A DNA stretch of 32,000 nt from Propionibacteriaceae bacterium (GCA_031256725.1 JAIRQE010000025.1:120001-152000); one strand, 5' to 3'; positions 1-11,249 are shown, counted from the stretch's first letter. Notes: generated by a model from the letters alone, not told the origin. Translations and numbers: made by a program.

Positions 1-221
1 TCGAAAACGATTGGTCAGAGGAAAAAGTGACTCAGTCCGCCTTGGCAGAAGCAGTTTGCGCTGACAATATGGAGTACACCCAGCAAGTGGCAAATATAGC
101 TGCAAAATATCAACAGGAATTGATCCGCTTCCGCGAAGCTGAGTTTATTGAAGTGAAAAAGGTCTCTGAGGAGCGAGTGAAAATGGCAATGGAAGTCTTA
201 CGTAGATCTAGGGTTCTATAA
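1..221 (+). CDS. Hypothetical protein, 3' end of an ORF that is open to the left window edge
   Basis: The frame has no stop from nt 3 and ends at TAA 219-221. The translation (..QQVANIAAKYQQELIRFREAEFIEVKKVSEERVKMAMEVL..) is charged and helical. Local GC is visibly lower than in the neighbouring genes. I recognise no family. Confidence 0.3.
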   Translation, partial: ENDWSEEKVTQSALAEAVCADNMEYTQQVANIAAKYQQELIRFREAEFIEVKKVSEERVKMAMEVLRRSRVL

Positions 222-290
222 TCTCACTTCTCAGAATGTTCTTTACGAGCCTTTAGGAAGAATCAGGGATCGTACTATATCCTTACTCAG

Positions 291-968
291 GTGACTCTTG
301 CCGCATTAACTCCACTTCTTCTGCCTGAATGGCTTGACCCCGAATTCATTATCACATCCTTGGGCAACTGGGCCCTGTGGGGTGTGGCACTCATCATCTT
401 CGTTGAGTGCGCGATTTTCCCCGTACTTCCTGGTGACTCTCTACTCTTCGCGGTGGGGATGTTCACCGCTCTGGGTACGATCACCTTCGGTGGAACAGCC
501 ACGACCTTCCTCACGATCTTCGTGGTACTCATCATTGCTGCAGTGGGCGGCAACCTCACCGGCTATTGGGTCGGCCATCTCATCGGCCCACCCCTGTTCA
601 AGGAACGTACCGGCTTCTGGGGCAAGGTTTTCGACCCCAAGTACATCGCTAAGACCCACGAGTTTTTCGAGAAGTACGGCGCCCGCGCACTCATCCTGGC
701 CCGATTCGTACCACTGGTGCGAACCTTCGTAACACTCATCGCAGGGATCTCCAAGATGAGCTTTCGCAAGTTCATCTCCTACACTGCGATCGGCGGCGTC
801 ATCTGGGTTGTACTCATCACCACCGCCGGCTATTTCCTTGGTACGATCCCTATCATCAAAGACAATTTCGAACTAGCTTGCATCATCATCGTCGTGGTTT
901 CCGTACTCCCCATGGTCTGGGAGTACATCAAGGCCCGTCGTACCTCATCAAAAAGCTATCAAGCATAA
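291..968 (+). CDS. DedA/VTT-domain family inner-membrane protein
   Basis: 225 aa with several TM segments. It has the characteristic DedA motifs (FVECAIFPVLPGDSLLFAVG .. GARALILARFVPLVRTF). Confidence 0.85.
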   Translation: MTLAALTPLLLPEWLDPEFIITSLGNWALWGVALIIFVECAIFPVLPGDSLLFAVGMFTALGTITFGGTATTFLTIFVVLIIAAVGGNLTGYWVGHLIGPPLFKERTGFWGKVFDPKYIAKTHEFFEKYGARALILARFVPLVRTFVTLIAGISKMSFRKFISYTAIGGVIWVVLITTAGYFLGTIPIIKDNFELACIIIVVVSVLPMVWEYIKARRTSSKSYQA

Positions 969-1209
969 TTCTTCCTGCGTTATCTTGCCGTATGAGAAGA
1001 ACAGTACTTGTTGATAATGCTTGAGTTGTCTCCACCGACAACATTCATGGCGTTGCCACAGGGACCGTGCCCGATCAGATCCATGTCATGTACGCAGCAA
1101 CTTTCGAGACGAATATTTTAGAGACAGTATCACGATGAATGAGGATTATTGGGTGTATCTTTAGTACTCATTTGGGCTGGTGGCTTATGCTTGTTCTGAA
1201 GGAGGAATC

Positions 1210-1485
1210 ATGCCCCGAATCCAATTAGCGCTTCCCCCGGATAAGGCTCCTGGAGTTTTTGCGGACTTTGTACGAGCTTGGCACACGAAGGATTGCTTTA
1301 TCCTTGACTTTTCCGGGTATACCGAGCCGCCTGTACGCGATGAGGAAGCCGATGACATTGTCCAGCAGTCCACGGTGGTTTCACGGGTACGGATTCCCCC
1401 TGCCCAGGTTTATGAACTCATGAAGGCGCTCAACCAACAGTTGTCAGCCTGGGAGGGCGAGATGAAGCCCACCCAGGAACCCTGA
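1210..1485 (+). CDS. DUF3467-family small protein
   Basis: GAAGGAGG RBS lies 5 nt before ATG 1210; the ORF track starts earlier, at 1180. The sequence PGVFADFVRAWHTKDCFILDF .. VSRVRIPPAQVYELMKALNQQLSAWE matches the actinobacterial DUF3467 pattern as I remember it. Confidence 0.7.
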   Translation: MPRIQLALPPDKAPGVFADFVRAWHTKDCFILDFSGYTEPPVRDEEADDIVQQSTVVSRVRIPPAQVYELMKALNQQLSAWEGEMKPTQEP

Positions 1486-1507
1486 ATCACGGACAAACAT
1501 GGCCTCG

Positions 1508-3418
1508 TTAAGAGACCCTTACCTTGACTGGGCCGAAGGACAGACCTTGACGGTTTCCTGACTGATACTTGGCTATGATCGTGTGATCACCCGGAAGCAG
1601 GGAGAGCGGGCCAAAGTAGTTTCCACCCCCATCAAGCTTGAGTGGCACTGTCTTCGTACCGTCGATCATAACCTGAACATTGGAATTGGGGATACCCTGA
1701 AGACTCAGGTTGATTCCAGATGGTGTACTTGCGACACTCATGGTTGGAGGCGGTGCCAGTTCAAAGGTTGAGGTATACGGGGTCGTATTCGACTTTCCGT
1801 AGGCGGTTACTGTCTGGGTTCCGGAACTCAAACCTGTGAAGGGCCCGGAAACCATCCACGAACCACGAGCATCAGCGGTCACCGTGTAATTCGTGTTACC
1901 GATAGTCACTGTAATCGTGTCACCAGGCTCAGCTGTACCCCTGATAATCGGGAAGTACATCCCTGAAGGACCACCATCAATAGACCCAATGGAGGCTGAA
2001 GAAGCCGCAGGCTCAGGTGCTGGCACTGGTGGGGCAGTGGTTGGTGGACGAGAGGTTGTTGGTGCAGCCGTTGGCCGAGGTGGAGGCGGGGTTGTAGCCG
2101 GTGGCGGTTCTGGCGCAGGCTCTGGTGACGCAGATGGAGTCTCGCTTACCGTAGGTTCCTCAGTGGGAGTCGGAGTCTCAATGGGTGTGGGATCCTCAGA
2201 CTCAATCTCGGTCGCTGTTGCTGATGGAGTGGGGGACGGGGTGAAACCCAAATCACCATCCCATGGGTGAGTCACTGCGAGCCAGACGATCCCAGCAATG
2301 AGAGCCAGGGCAACCAAGAGTGGGAACAGCCACCACAGGAAACCGCGTCTTCTGGTTTCCTCCTCGTCCTCATCCATGAGTGCCACGACTGGCTGGTACT
2401 TGGCGATGGCTGCCACGGGTACCTCTTCGGCAAGACTCGAAGCTGCTTCGGACGTATCAGCAGTACTAACGACAACAGTTCCAGCAGCGACCCCAGCGCC
2501 GACAGCAGTGCCAGTGGATGCGGCTGCGGTCGTACCCACTCTGGAACCGACTCCGGGAGACGGGATGACCGGTTGTGCCGGGGTGAACGAAGTTCGTGAT
2601 GCGAATCCAGCGATGACTGAGGCTGGAAGGTGGTCATTGTTGATCAGGATAGGCCCGTGGATGCTCATGTACTGCGCGAGGGCTGTACTTGAGGCGGCCC
2701 CAGCAACAGTGGCGAGCAGAATCTTGGGAGCTTGAGTACCCATGGATCGGGCTGTGGCAAGGACTGTACGGCAATCAGGGCAGCCGACCACGTGGGACTC
2801 GATGGCAGCCATATCGCCCTCAGGGAGGGTCTTCTTGGCGAAGGCGCGGGAACGTTCACGCACCCAGCGGCATTCACCAGTCTCAGCTGTTTCAGCGTTG
2901 ATTTGGGCCCAGGCGCTCGTCAAACCACGGCGGGCACGGGGCTGAATGGTGGCGATCGTCGTCGGGGTCAACCCGGTAATGACTCCAGCTTCTTCAGGAT
3001 TCATCTGTTCGACGTCTCGGTACCACAGGACGTCCTGCCAGCGAGCCGGGAGGGAGGCGAAGGCCTCAGACATCTTGGATCTGGGCGCGTACTCAGGTGA
3101 AGAGATCCCGGTTGCTTCCTCGCGCAGGGTGGCGTAAAGATAGGGTCTGAAAGGCCCCGAGGGATCAACACCGGCCTGGATCTCACTGAGAATCCGTGAC
3201 CATGCCCGTTCGTTGACCTGCTCCCCAAGATCGCCAGCATCAGCTTTCGCTGCAACCAGACCCAAAGCGGAATGCCGATGCCAAAGTTCCTCGAAGGCCT
3301 CCACAGAGCCGGAGCGCGTGAAGTCAACGAGTTGAGTATCAGAGGCTTGAATAAGTACAGAATCTAGGTCAGCTTGGGCAGCAGAACCCTTGTGACCAGT
3401 CATGTCAGAATCCCCCAT
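1508..3418 (-). CDS. Fused ECF-type sigma-70 factor / zinc-finger anti-sigma / TM / Pro-Thr linker / Ig-like C-terminal domain
   Basis: The ORF is continuous over 1508..3454. The likely start is ATG 3418, preceded by GGGAGA. Sigma region 2-like: FEELWHRHS..FRPYLYATLREEA. Region 4 HTH: LPARWQDVLWYRDVEQMNPEEAGVITGLTPTTIATIQPRARRGL. ZAS motif H-x3-C-x2-C: HVVGCPDC. TM helix: GFLWWLFPLLVALALIAGIVWLAV. A long P/T/E-rich linker follows, then bacterial Ig-like repeats (GTAEPGDTITVTIGNTNYTVTADARGSWMV). Confidence 0.75.
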   Translation of the reverse strand: MGDSDMTGHKGSAAQADLDSVLIQASDTQLVDFTRSGSVEAFEELWHRHSALGLVAAKADAGDLGEQVNERAWSRILSEIQAGVDPSGPFRPYLYATLREEATGISSPEYAPRSKMSEAFASLPARWQDVLWYRDVEQMNPEEAGVITGLTPTTIATIQPRARRGLTSAWAQINAETAETGECRWVRERSRAFAKKTLPEGDMAAIESHVVGCPDCRTVLATARSMGTQAPKILLATVAGAASSTALAQYMSIHGPILINNDHLPASVIAGFASRTSFTPAQPVIPSPGVGSRVGTTAAASTGTAVGAGVAAGTVVVSTADTSEAASSLAEEVPVAAIAKYQPVVALMDEDEEETRRRGFLWWLFPLLVALALIAGIVWLAVTHPWDGDLGFTPSPTPSATATEIESEDPTPIETPTPTEEPTVSETPSASPEPAPEPPPATTPPPPRPTAAPTTSRPPTTAPPVPAPEPAASSASIGSIDGGPSGMYFPIIRGTAEPGDTITVTIGNTNYTVTADARGSWMVSGPFTGLSSGTQTVTAYGKSNTTPYTSTFELAPPPTMSVASTPSGINLSLQGIPNSNVQVMIDGTKTVPLKLDGGGNYFGPLSLLPGDHTIIAKYQSGNRQGLSFGPVKVRVS

Positions 3419-3544
3419 TGGTTCTCCCTGCTGTTCTATCCGATGCCTGTTCAAAGAGTATGGGCCGTATTATTCTCAGCCGCAACCGTCCTGTATGAAC
3501 TGTCAGGAATTATATCATACGTACATATGAGTTAGGATCTGTAC

Positions 3545-4399
3545 ATGACTGCTCGCGCAATGGACGGGAAAGCCCAAGCCAAGGCCATTAAAGAGGATTT
3601 GGCTCGACGGGTTGATGTATTGAAAACTCAAGGGATCACCCCTGGTTTGGGTACCCTTCTGGTTGGTGACGATCCCGCAAGCCGACTTTATGTGGGTGGC
3701 AAGCATCGTGACTGTGCTGAGGTTGGGATCGAGTCGATCCGTATCGACCTGGATGAGTCCGCCACTGAGGATGATCTGCATACGGCTATCGACGACCTTA
3801 ACCGCAACCCGATATGTACCGGCTATATCGTTCAGTTGCCCCTGCCTCGGCATCTGGATGAGAACAAGGCACTGTCTCTCATTGACTCAGACAAGGATGC
3901 TGATGGTCTTCATCCCATCAGCCTTGGCCGTCTCGTCTTGGGTGTCCCCGGAGCCCTCCCATGTACCCCGCGAGGAATCGTTGACCTTCTTCGCCGCTAC
4001 GAAGTTGAGCTTGCTGGTGCAGAAGTCTGCGTTGTTGGACGAGGTACCACAGTGGGCCGGCCCCTGGGTTTGCTCCTGACCCGACGTTCAGAGAATTCGA
4101 CGGTGACCCTGTGCCATACGGGTACCAAAGATCTGGCATCCCACACCCGACGGGCTGACATTGTGATCGCTGCTGCGGGCCAAGCTGGGATGATCGCCGC
4201 CGACATGATCAAGCCGGGTGCAGTACTCGTGGATGTGGGTGTGACCAGGGTTGATGGTAAGCCTCAAGGGGATTTCGCGGCGGATGTTTGGGAGGTCGCC
4301 TCCCTTGTGACCCCGAATCCTGGGGGAGTGGGCCCAATGACGAGGGCCATGCTTCTCACTAATGTTGTTGAGGCTGCGGAAGCCCGAGCCCAGGCATGA
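3545..4399 (+). CDS. folD: Bifunctional methylenetetrahydrofolate dehydrogenase / methenyl-THF cyclohydrolase
   Basis: 284 aa with typical FolD sequence ([25 protein letters not shown] .. GYIVQLPLP .. [16 protein letters not shown] .. [10 protein letters not shown]). Confidence 0.95.
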   Translation: MTARAMDGKAQAKAIKEDLARRVDVLKTQGITPGLGTLLVGDDPASRLYVGGKHRDCAEVGIESIRIDLDESATEDDLHTAIDDLNRNPICTGYIVQLPLPRHLDENKALSLIDSDKDADGLHPISLGRLVLGVPGALPCTPRGIVDLLRRYEVELAGAEVCVVGRGTTVGRPLGLLLTRRSENSTVTLCHTGTKDLASHTRRADIVIAAAGQAGMIAADMIKPGAVLVDVGVTRVDGKPQGDFAADVWEVASLVTPNPGGVGPMTRAMLLTNVVEAAEARAQA

Positions 4400-4737
4400 A
4401 CTCAGACCCGAACCAGTCCCGTACCTGGTGGAACAGGCTCATTGATCGACCCGGCCTCATGGGCCGTGTCCGTCGGCAGTGGCCTTGGGTGGTTGTACTT
4501 GCTGTTATCGTCATCGGTCTGATCTTCATTGCCTTCAATTCCGTTCCGGAGCGACCCAATTTCTGGCGTGTTGGGGCCATCATGATTGGGAGTGTGATGA
4601 TCGTGGCTGGGATCTTCCGAGGTACCCTCAAGGAACCGGGGATCCTCGTTGTCCGACCTCAAAAATGGTTGGACCTGTGCTTCTATTTCTTCCTGGGGAT
4701 CTCTATTCTCACCTTGGCCATTCTGCGCCCAGGCTGA
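4396..4737 (+). CDS. DUF3017-like small membrane protein
   Basis: It overlaps the folD stop by 4 nt (ATGA). It has 3-4 TM helices ([19 protein letters not shown] ..). A small membrane gene in this position after folD is a conserved actinobacterial arrangement. Confidence 0.7.
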   Translation: MNSDPNQSRTWWNRLIDRPGLMGRVRRQWPWVVVLAVIVIGLIFIAFNSVPERPNFWRVGAIMIGSVMIVAGIFRGTLKEPGILVVRPQKWLDLCFYFFLGISILTLAILRPG

Positions 4738-4746
4738 CAGGCCACG

Positions 4747-6216
4747 ATGATCTTTCGTCCGACCATGACTGACCGCACCGCTACACTAATCCCCATGGAT
4801 TATCGTATAGCTAATGTAACCCTTGCTGACTTCGGGCGCCGTGAGATCGCACTTGCTGAGCGTGAAATGCCCGGCCTCATGGCGATGAGGGATCGCTATG
4901 GCAAGGATCAGCCCCTCAAGGGTGCACGGATCGCGGGTTCCCTGCATATGACGATCCAGACTGCTGTACTCATCGAAACTCTCGTGATCCTGGGTGCAGA
5001 GGTACGGTGGGTGTCCTGCAATATTTTCTCCACCCAGGATCATGCAGCCGCTGGGGTGGTTGTCGGGCCCAGGGGAAGCGCTGATAATCCCCAGGGTGTC
5101 CCGGTCTTCGCATGGAAGGGAGAGTCCCTGGAGGAGTACTGGTGGTGTACCTCCCAGATCTTTGATTTCGATGGTCATCCACCCACAATGATCCTTGATG
5201 ATGGTGGAGATGCGACCTTGTTCGTACATAAGGGCCTCGAATATCAGCGTGCTGGCGTGGTCCCCAAGACCACGGCTGAGGATTCAGAGGAATGGGGGGT
5301 CATCCTCGCTGAACTTCGGCGTGTACTTGAGGCTAAAGCGCTCGACTTTGAGGTACTGGCGGACTCGATCAAGGGGGTCTCCGAGGAGACGACCACGGGG
5401 GTACATCGCCTCCATGAGATGTTCCGTGAGGGTACCCTGTTGTTCCCGGCGATCAATGTGAATGACTCGGTCACCAAGTCCAAGTTTGATAATAAGTACG
5501 GCTGTCGCCACTCGTTGATTGACGGAATCAATCGGGCCACAGACATTCTTATCGGTGGGAAGATGGCTGTGGTCTGCGGTTATGGTGACGTTGGAAAGGG
5601 GTGTGCTGAGTCCCTGCGCGGGCAGGGGGCTCGTGTGATCGTCACCGAGATTGACCCTATTTGTGCCCTCCAAGCGGTGATGGATGGCTATGAGGTACGT
5701 ACCCTCGACGAGGTGATTGGTAAGGCAGATTTCGTGATCACCGCCACGGGGAATACCCGAGTGGTCACGGCCGATCAGATGTCGAAGATGAAGGATCAGG
5801 CTGTACTCGGCAATATCGGGCATTTCGATGATGAGATTGATATGGCTGGTTTGGGACGTTGGCCCGGGGTTACTCGCATTACTGTGAAGCCCCAAGTTGA
5901 TCTGTGGACCTTCCCTGGTGGCCCGTCGATCATCATCCTCTCCGAGGGACGCCTGTTGAACCTGGGGAATGCCACTGGCCATCCCTCTTTCGTGATGAGT
6001 AACTCTTTCACAAACCAGGTTTTGGCTCAGATTGAGTTGTACACAGGTGAGCTTGCAACGGGGGTACATGTACTTCCCAAGGTCCTTGATGAAGAGGTGG
6101 CCCGTCTGCACCTTGATTCCTTGGGTGTGAGTCTGACGAGGTTGACTGATGAGCAAGCCTCCTACATCGGCGTGAATCCCGATGGGCCGTACAAATCGGA
6201 TTCCTATAGGTACTGA
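4747..6216 (+). CDS. ahcY: Adenosylhomocysteinase (S-adenosyl-L-homocysteine hydrolase)
   Basis: 489 aa. Motifs: [47 protein letters not shown]-binding site, GHFDDEID, C-terminal PYKSDSYRY. An alternative start is at 4765. Confidence 0.95.
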   Translation: MIFRPTMTDRTATLIPMDYRIANVTLADFGRREIALAEREMPGLMAMRDRYGKDQPLKGARIAGSLHMTIQTAVLIETLVILGAEVRWVSCNIFSTQDHAAAGVVVGPRGSADNPQGVPVFAWKGESLEEYWWCTSQIFDFDGHPPTMILDDGGDATLFVHKGLEYQRAGVVPKTTAEDSEEWGVILAELRRVLEAKALDFEVLADSIKGVSEETTTGVHRLHEMFREGTLLFPAINVNDSVTKSKFDNKYGCRHSLIDGINRATDILIGGKMAVVCGYGDVGKGCAESLRGQGARVIVTEIDPICALQAVMDGYEVRTLDEVIGKADFVITATGNTRVVTADQMSKMKDQAVLGNIGHFDDEIDMAGLGRWPGVTRITVKPQVDLWTFPGGPSIIILSEGRLLNLGNATGHPSFVMSNSFTNQVLAQIELYTGELATGVHVLPKVLDEEVARLHLDSLGVSLTRLTDEQASYIGVNPDGPYKSDSYRY

Positions 6217-6343
6217 CTACTTTCGCAGAAAATCAAGGGGAAACTCATCTGTCTGGTGGACGGGTGTCTGAACCGTGATCCAGGTGTCATATCGTTGAAA
6301 CATTGGTGGTGTGGACTATTCCACTGGACAAGACTCCGGAAGG

Positions 6344-7168
6344 ATGAGCAGAATGGGTAGATTTACCAAAATAGTCGCAGGCGTGTTCGGAATGACACTC
6401 CTGCTTTCGGGTTGTGCGATGGACTCCCTGGGGGATCCTGTTGACGCATCCCCAGAACCCGGCCAGGAGAATACTCTCGGCACCATCACAGCGGGTGTAC
6501 TCACGGTGTGTTCCGAAATTCCCTTCGAGCCCTTCGAATACGAGGATCCGGCTGATCCAGAGAAGTACACGGGATTTGATATTGATATTGTTGGAGAGAT
6601 TGCCACACGGTTGGGTCTGGAGTTGGTTGTTGTCGACTCTGACTTTGATGCTCTGCAGTCAGGACTCTCCCTGGCTACAGACAAGTGTGATCTTGGCGCC
6701 TCTGCGATGACGATCACTGAAGACCGCAGGGCAAACATCGACTTCACTGATGCTTACTATGACTCCTTGCAGTCACTGTTGGTTGCCAAGGATTCTGGCA
6801 TCACCTCACTGGATGACCTCGCAGGAAAGTCCATTGGTGTCCAGAAGGGAACGACTGGCGAGATCTATGCTGAACAGAACCAGCCAGAGGGCGCCCAGAT
6901 CGTTGGATATCCTTCGGATGGCGAACTGTGGCCCGCACTTCAGGCAGGTCAGATCCAGGCGATCCTCCAGGATCAGCCAGTCAACGTTATTCACGCACGG
7001 ACCGATGCAGCTTATGTCGTTGTTGCTGAGTATCAGACCGATGAGTCGTATGGCATGGCTCTGGCCAAGGATAAGAATCCTGAACTCTTGGCTGCTGTCA
7101 ACGGCGCTCTTGCTGAGATGCGTGCTGATGGCACCTACAAGCAGATCTACGACAAGTACTTCGCTTAA
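6344..7168 (+). CDS. Polar amino-acid ABC transporter substrate-binding lipoprotein
   Basis: Lipobox LLLSGC after a signal peptide. SBP_bac_3-like body (GFDIDIVGEIATRLGLELVVV .. DLGASAMTITEDR .. GVQKGTTG). The ORF is open from GTG 6311; ATG 6344 and 6353 follow GGAAGG. Confidence 0.9.
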   Translation: MSRMGRFTKIVAGVFGMTLLLSGCAMDSLGDPVDASPEPGQENTLGTITAGVLTVCSEIPFEPFEYEDPADPEKYTGFDIDIVGEIATRLGLELVVVDSDFDALQSGLSLATDKCDLGASAMTITEDRRANIDFTDAYYDSLQSLLVAKDSGITSLDDLAGKSIGVQKGTTGEIYAEQNQPEGAQIVGYPSDGELWPALQAGQIQAILQDQPVNVIHARTDAAYVVVAEYQTDESYGMALAKDKNPELLAAVNGALAEMRADGTYKQIYDKYFA

Positions 7169-7187
7169 GAAGGCTGAGTAAAGAGCT

Positions 7188-7982
7188 ATGAGCATGCGTG
7201 ATATTCGCCCAACCGTGAGGCGGCGAATATCACGCATGTCTGCATATGTGGCCTTCCTCGCCATTGTTGTGGTGATGATATTCACAGCCAACTGGGGAAT
7301 CATTCGGCAAAACTTCTTCAACCTTGAGGTTGCCCAGCGGATGTTCCCCGACGTTGTTCGGGCAGCTGGAAAAACGATCACCTACACTGCCTTCAGTTTC
7401 GGCTTCGGGGTGGTTCTCGCTGTTGTACTCGCCCTGATGAAGATGTCGAAGGGCCCCTTCAAGTGGTTTGCTGTCGTCTTCATCGAATTCTTCCGGGGAA
7501 TCCCTGCGCTGTTAACTCTGATGATCATCGGTTTCGCTGTACCCATGGCTTTCGCGAGCCTCAAGAAGGTACCTGGGGTATACATGGGCCTGGTTGGGTT
7601 GGTACTCGTCACAGGCGCGTACACTGCGGAAATCATCAGGGCCGGAATCGTTGCCGTACCCAAAGGCCAAACTGAAGCTGCGCGATCCCTGGGAATGTCG
7701 CATATGAGAACGATGCTGACAGTCGTACTCCCGCAGGCTTTCAGGATTGTGGTTCCTCCACTGACCAACGAAATTGTGATGCTCCTTAAGGATACATCCC
7801 TGCTCTTCGTCCTAGGGTCAACCAAACTTTCACGAGAGCTGACCACCTTCGGTAGGGATGGGCTGACCAGTCACGCCAATGCTTCCCCGCTGATCGTCGT
7901 CGCAGTGTTCTATCTCATCATCACCATCCCACTGACGTACGTCGTGGGACGCATGGAAAAGAAGATGGCGGTGAAACAGTGA
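7188..7982 (+). CDS. Amino-acid ABC transporter permease
   Basis: 264 aa polytopic protein with the EAA-type loop ([28 protein letters not shown]). Confidence 0.9.
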   Translation: MSMRDIRPTVRRRISRMSAYVAFLAIVVVMIFTANWGIIRQNFFNLEVAQRMFPDVVRAAGKTITYTAFSFGFGVVLAVVLALMKMSKGPFKWFAVVFIEFFRGIPALLTLMIIGFAVPMAFASLKKVPGVYMGLVGLVLVTGAYTAEIIRAGIVAVPKGQTEAARSLGMSHMRTMLTVVLPQAFRIVVPPLTNEIVMLLKDTSLLFVLGSTKLSRELTTFGRDGLTSHANASPLIVVAVFYLIITIPLTYVVGRMEKKMAVKQ

Positions 7983-8767
7983 GCGAACAACGCGACTTAA
8001 AACTCCCTCCCAGAGACAGGGATACTCCTGATCCCACAGCACCCCCCATCCAGATCATCGGGCTACATAAACATTTCGGTGATCTCCACGTACTCAAAGG
8101 CATCGACCTGACCGTCACCAAAGGTGAGGTTGTGTGCATCGTTGGCCCCTCAGGTTCCGGGAAGTCCACCCTCCTTCGATCTGTGAACCTGCTGGAATGG
8201 CCCACAGGTGGGAAAGTGTTCATCGAAGGTATCGATGTTCTCGACCCCGACGTGAACCTTGACAGGATTCGTACCCGTATCGGAATGGTTTTCCAGTCCT
8301 TCAACCTCTTCCCCCACATGACAGTTCTCCGCAATGTCACTATCGCCCAAGAAAAGGTACTCAAGCGCAGCCACTCTGAGGCGCGCAAAGTCGCTCACGG
8401 CATGCTGGAAAGAGTTGGACTCGACGACAAGATTCATGCGCATCCCTCCCAGCTTTCCGGTGGTCAACAACAGCGCGTCGCCATTGCCCGCAGCCTATCG
8501 ATGAACCCTGACATGATGCTCTTCGACGAACCGACCTCGGCCTTGGATCCTGAATTGGTCGGCGAGGTACTCGAAGTCATGAGAAGCTTGGCTGCCGATG
8601 GGATGACCATGATGGTCGTCACCCACGAGATGGGTTTTGCCCGCGAGGTCGGTTCCCGAGTCATCTTCATGGACGAGGGATTGATCGTCGAAGAGGGCCT
8701 ACCTGACGAGGTATTAGGCAATCCTCGGCACCCACGTACTCAGTTGTTCCTGTCAAAGGTGCTCTAG
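7979..8767 (+). CDS. Amino-acid ABC transporter ATP-binding protein (GlnQ-like)
   Basis: Walker [10 protein letters not shown], signature [15 protein letters not shown], Walker [14 protein letters not shown]-loop THEMGFA. It overlaps the permease stop by 4 nt. Confidence 0.95.
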   Translation: MSEQRDLKLPPRDRDTPDPTAPPIQIIGLHKHFGDLHVLKGIDLTVTKGEVVCIVGPSGSGKSTLLRSVNLLEWPTGGKVFIEGIDVLDPDVNLDRIRTRIGMVFQSFNLFPHMTVLRNVTIAQEKVLKRSHSEARKVAHGMLERVGLDDKIHAHPSQLSGGQQQRVAIARSLSMNPDMMLFDEPTSALDPELVGEVLEVMRSLAADGMTMMVVTHEMGFAREVGSRVIFMDEGLIVEEGLPDEVLGNPRHPRTQLFLSKVL

Positions 8768-8768
8768 A

Positions 8769-8887
8769 GGCCCGGTTCGTTTGCGGCACATTTTTATGCC
8801 AGGGGGGACAAGCCTTCGATAGAGAACAATCAGTTTTTAACGATATCTATCACCCTGTCACGAAGACGTGTCAAAAACGAACCGACC
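8769..8887. repeat. Intergenic palindromic element, copy 1 (imperfect arms flanking a roughly 77 nt core)
   Basis: The left arm GGCCCGGTTCGTTTGCGGCACA (8769-8790) is partly complementary to the right arm GTGTCAAAAACGAACCGACC (8868-8887). The right arm and its CCCCA flank recur at 20222-20245. Confidence 0.5.
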
Positions 8888-8954
8888 CCACCATTGAGGA
8901 TTTGAAAATGTGTCACGAGGTACGTCGCCTGGGCACACCCGATAGAGTAGTCCC

Positions 8955-11210
8955 GTGGTCGATACCGTATCTGAAGCAGGTCGTACACCTGAGGCAATCC
9001 AACCGTGGGCAGAACTGGGATTGAAGGAAGACGAGTACTCTCGTATTCGGGAAATTCTGGGGAGGCGACCCACGTCCTGTGAACTGGCGATGTACTCAGT
9101 GATGTGGTCGGAGCATTGTTCCTATAAGTCGTCTAAGATCCATCTCACAAGGTTCGGGGTACTCGATGAGACGACACCTCGTGGGCCGCTGCTTGCTGGG
9201 ATTGGGGAGCAGGCCGGTGTCGTGGATATCGGTGATGGATGGGCTGTGACCTTCAAGATCGAATCCCACAACCACCCGAGTTATGTTGAGCCCCATCAGG
9301 GGGCAGCCACCGGCGTCGGCGGGATCGTACGTGATATCCTTGCCATGGGTGCTCGCCCCATTGGGGTACTTGATCCTCTGCGATTTGGCCCCTTGGAGGC
9401 GCCCGATACTGCGCGTGTACTTCCTGGTGTTGTGAGCGGAATCGGGGGGTACGGAAACTGTCTAGGATTGCCAACTATCGGCGGTGAGGTGGTTTTCGAT
9501 GAGACTTATGCCGGGAATCCCCTTGTCAACGCCCTATGTGTCGGGGTACTCCGTCATGAGGATTTGAAGAGGGCTGCCGCTACTGGGGTCGGCAACCAGG
9601 TGATTCTTTATGGCGCTACCACCGGTGGTGATGGGATTGGCGGGGCCTCGATTCTGGCTTCTGAGACTTTCACTGAGGGTGGCCCTACGAAGCGTCCGAG
9701 CGTACAGGTGGGCGACCCTTTCATGGAGAAGCTGCTGATCGAATGCACTCTCGAGTTGTTTGAGGCGGGGATCATCCAGGGTATCCAGGACTTTGGTGCT
9801 GCGGGATTGTCGTGCGCGACCTCTGAGTTGGCATCCTCCGGTTCGGGCGGGATGCATGTGAACCTCAACACCGTGCCGTTGCGTGACCCGTCGCTCGCGC
9901 CCGAAGAGATCCTCATGAGTGAATCCCAAGAGCGAATGATGGCTGTGGTGAAGCCTGAGGACGTGGATCAGTTCATGGCGATCTGCACGAAGTGGGATGT
10001 ACTCGCCGCTGTCGTGGGTGAGGTCATTGAGGGTGATCGTCTCTACATCGACTGGAATGGCGAGCGTGTTGTTGACGTCGATCCGAAGACTGTGGCCCAT
10101 GAGGGGCCGACCTATGATCGCCCGCTCACGCGACCGGCGTGGATCGATCAGGTCAACGCCGATGCGGCCGAGGTACTTCCGCGGCCTTCGACTGGTGAGG
10201 AGCTTGCTCAAGAATTGGTGAAGGTCATCACCTCGCCTAACCTCGCTGACGTGTCCTGGGTTACCCAGCAGTACGACCATGTTGTACGTGGGAACTCTGC
10301 GATGGCCCAGCCCCAAGACGCTGGGATGCTCAGGATAGACGAGGAGACGGGCCTGGGTGTGGCACTCTCCACGGATTGCAATGCCCGATTCACCTATCTG
10401 AACCCCCATCAGGGGGCGCAGATCTCGCTCGCGGAGGCATATCGCAACGTCGCCATTGTGGGTGCTGAACCTGTGGCGATCACCGACTGTCTTAACTTCG
10501 GATCGCCTGAGGACCCCGAAATCATGTGGCAGTTCGTGGAAGCCATCAAGGGCCTTGTTGAAGGCTGTCAGGCCCTGGGTACTCCAGTGACAGGTGGTAA
10601 TGTTTCTTTCTATAACAAGACCGGTGAGGTGGCTATCCTCCCCACACCAACCATTGGGATGCTGGGCGTCATCGATGATATAGATGATCGGGTGAGTACA
10701 GGCTTCTCCCGAGAAGGTGAAGTCATCTTCCTGATCGGGAAGACTCGCGAAGAACTCTCCGGTTCCGCATGGGCTGGTGTCATCCACAACCATTTGGGCG
10801 GGAACCCTCCGGCTGTCGACTTTGAGCACCACAAGAATCTCACTGCCTTCTTCCAGACAGTCTCGAAGACCCGCCTGATCTCCTCGGCTCACGACCTCAG
10901 TGATGGTGGTCTGGGTGTGGCTCTCCTAGAGTCCTGTTTCATAGGTGGCAAGGGTGCTGAGATTGAGTTGGAGGGTGATCCTTTCGTGGCTCTCTTCTCC
11001 GAGTCCACAGGCCGAGTACTCATCACCTGCGATGAGTTCCAAGCCGGAGCAGTACAAGCGTTGGCTGGCGAATACTCTCTGCCCATCACCAAGATCGGAG
11101 TCACCACGGATGGTTCTGAGTTGGTCATCAGGGATCTCTTCACCCTGAATATCGACGAAGTACGTACCGAGTGGAAGTCCACAATTCCGAGGGCTTTGGG
11201 CCTGCTCTAG
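8955..11210 (+). CDS. purL: Phosphoribosylformylglycinamidine synthase subunit PurL
   Basis: 751 aa with a GTG start. Typical PurL blocks: [44 protein letters not shown]. Confidence 0.95.
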   Translation: MVDTVSEAGRTPEAIQPWAELGLKEDEYSRIREILGRRPTSCELAMYSVMWSEHCSYKSSKIHLTRFGVLDETTPRGPLLAGIGEQAGVVDIGDGWAVTFKIESHNHPSYVEPHQGAATGVGGIVRDILAMGARPIGVLDPLRFGPLEAPDTARVLPGVVSGIGGYGNCLGLPTIGGEVVFDETYAGNPLVNALCVGVLRHEDLKRAAATGVGNQVILYGATTGGDGIGGASILASETFTEGGPTKRPSVQVGDPFMEKLLIECTLELFEAGIIQGIQDFGAAGLSCATSELASSGSGGMHVNLNTVPLRDPSLAPEEILMSESQERMMAVVKPEDVDQFMAICTKWDVLAAVVGEVIEGDRLYIDWNGERVVDVDPKTVAHEGPTYDRPLTRPAWIDQVNADAAEVLPRPSTGEELAQELVKVITSPNLADVSWVTQQYDHVVRGNSAMAQPQDAGMLRIDEETGLGVALSTDCNARFTYLNPHQGAQISLAEAYRNVAIVGAEPVAITDCLNFGSPEDPEIMWQFVEAIKGLVEGCQALGTPVTGGNVSFYNKTGEVAILPTPTIGMLGVIDDIDDRVSTGFSREGEVIFLIGKTREELSGSAWAGVIHNHLGGNPPAVDFEHHKNLTAFFQTVSKTRLISSAHDLSDGGLGVALLESCFIGGKGAEIELEGDPFVALFSESTGRVLITCDEFQAGAVQALAGEYSLPITKIGVTTDGSELVIRDLFTLNIDEVRTEWKSTIPRALGLL

Positions 11211-11249
11211 TCTCTGTGAGGGGTTTGAGTACCCCGTGATCCGGCCTTC

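Noticed and set aside
4738-4746. SAH riboswitch upstream of ahcY.
   Set aside because: Only 9 nt separate ahcY from the preceding gene, which leaves no room for a leader.
9534-10892. Very long antisense ORFs: 452 aa opposite purL, 362 aa opposite groEL (14880-15968), 290 aa opposite ahcY (5284-6156), and 275 aa opposite the SBP gene (13184-14011).
   Set aside because: Each lies entirely inside a gene with unambiguous homology on the other strand. The translations are Arg/Gly/His/Ser-rich with no motifs. These are typical shadow ORFs of GC-biased coding DNA.
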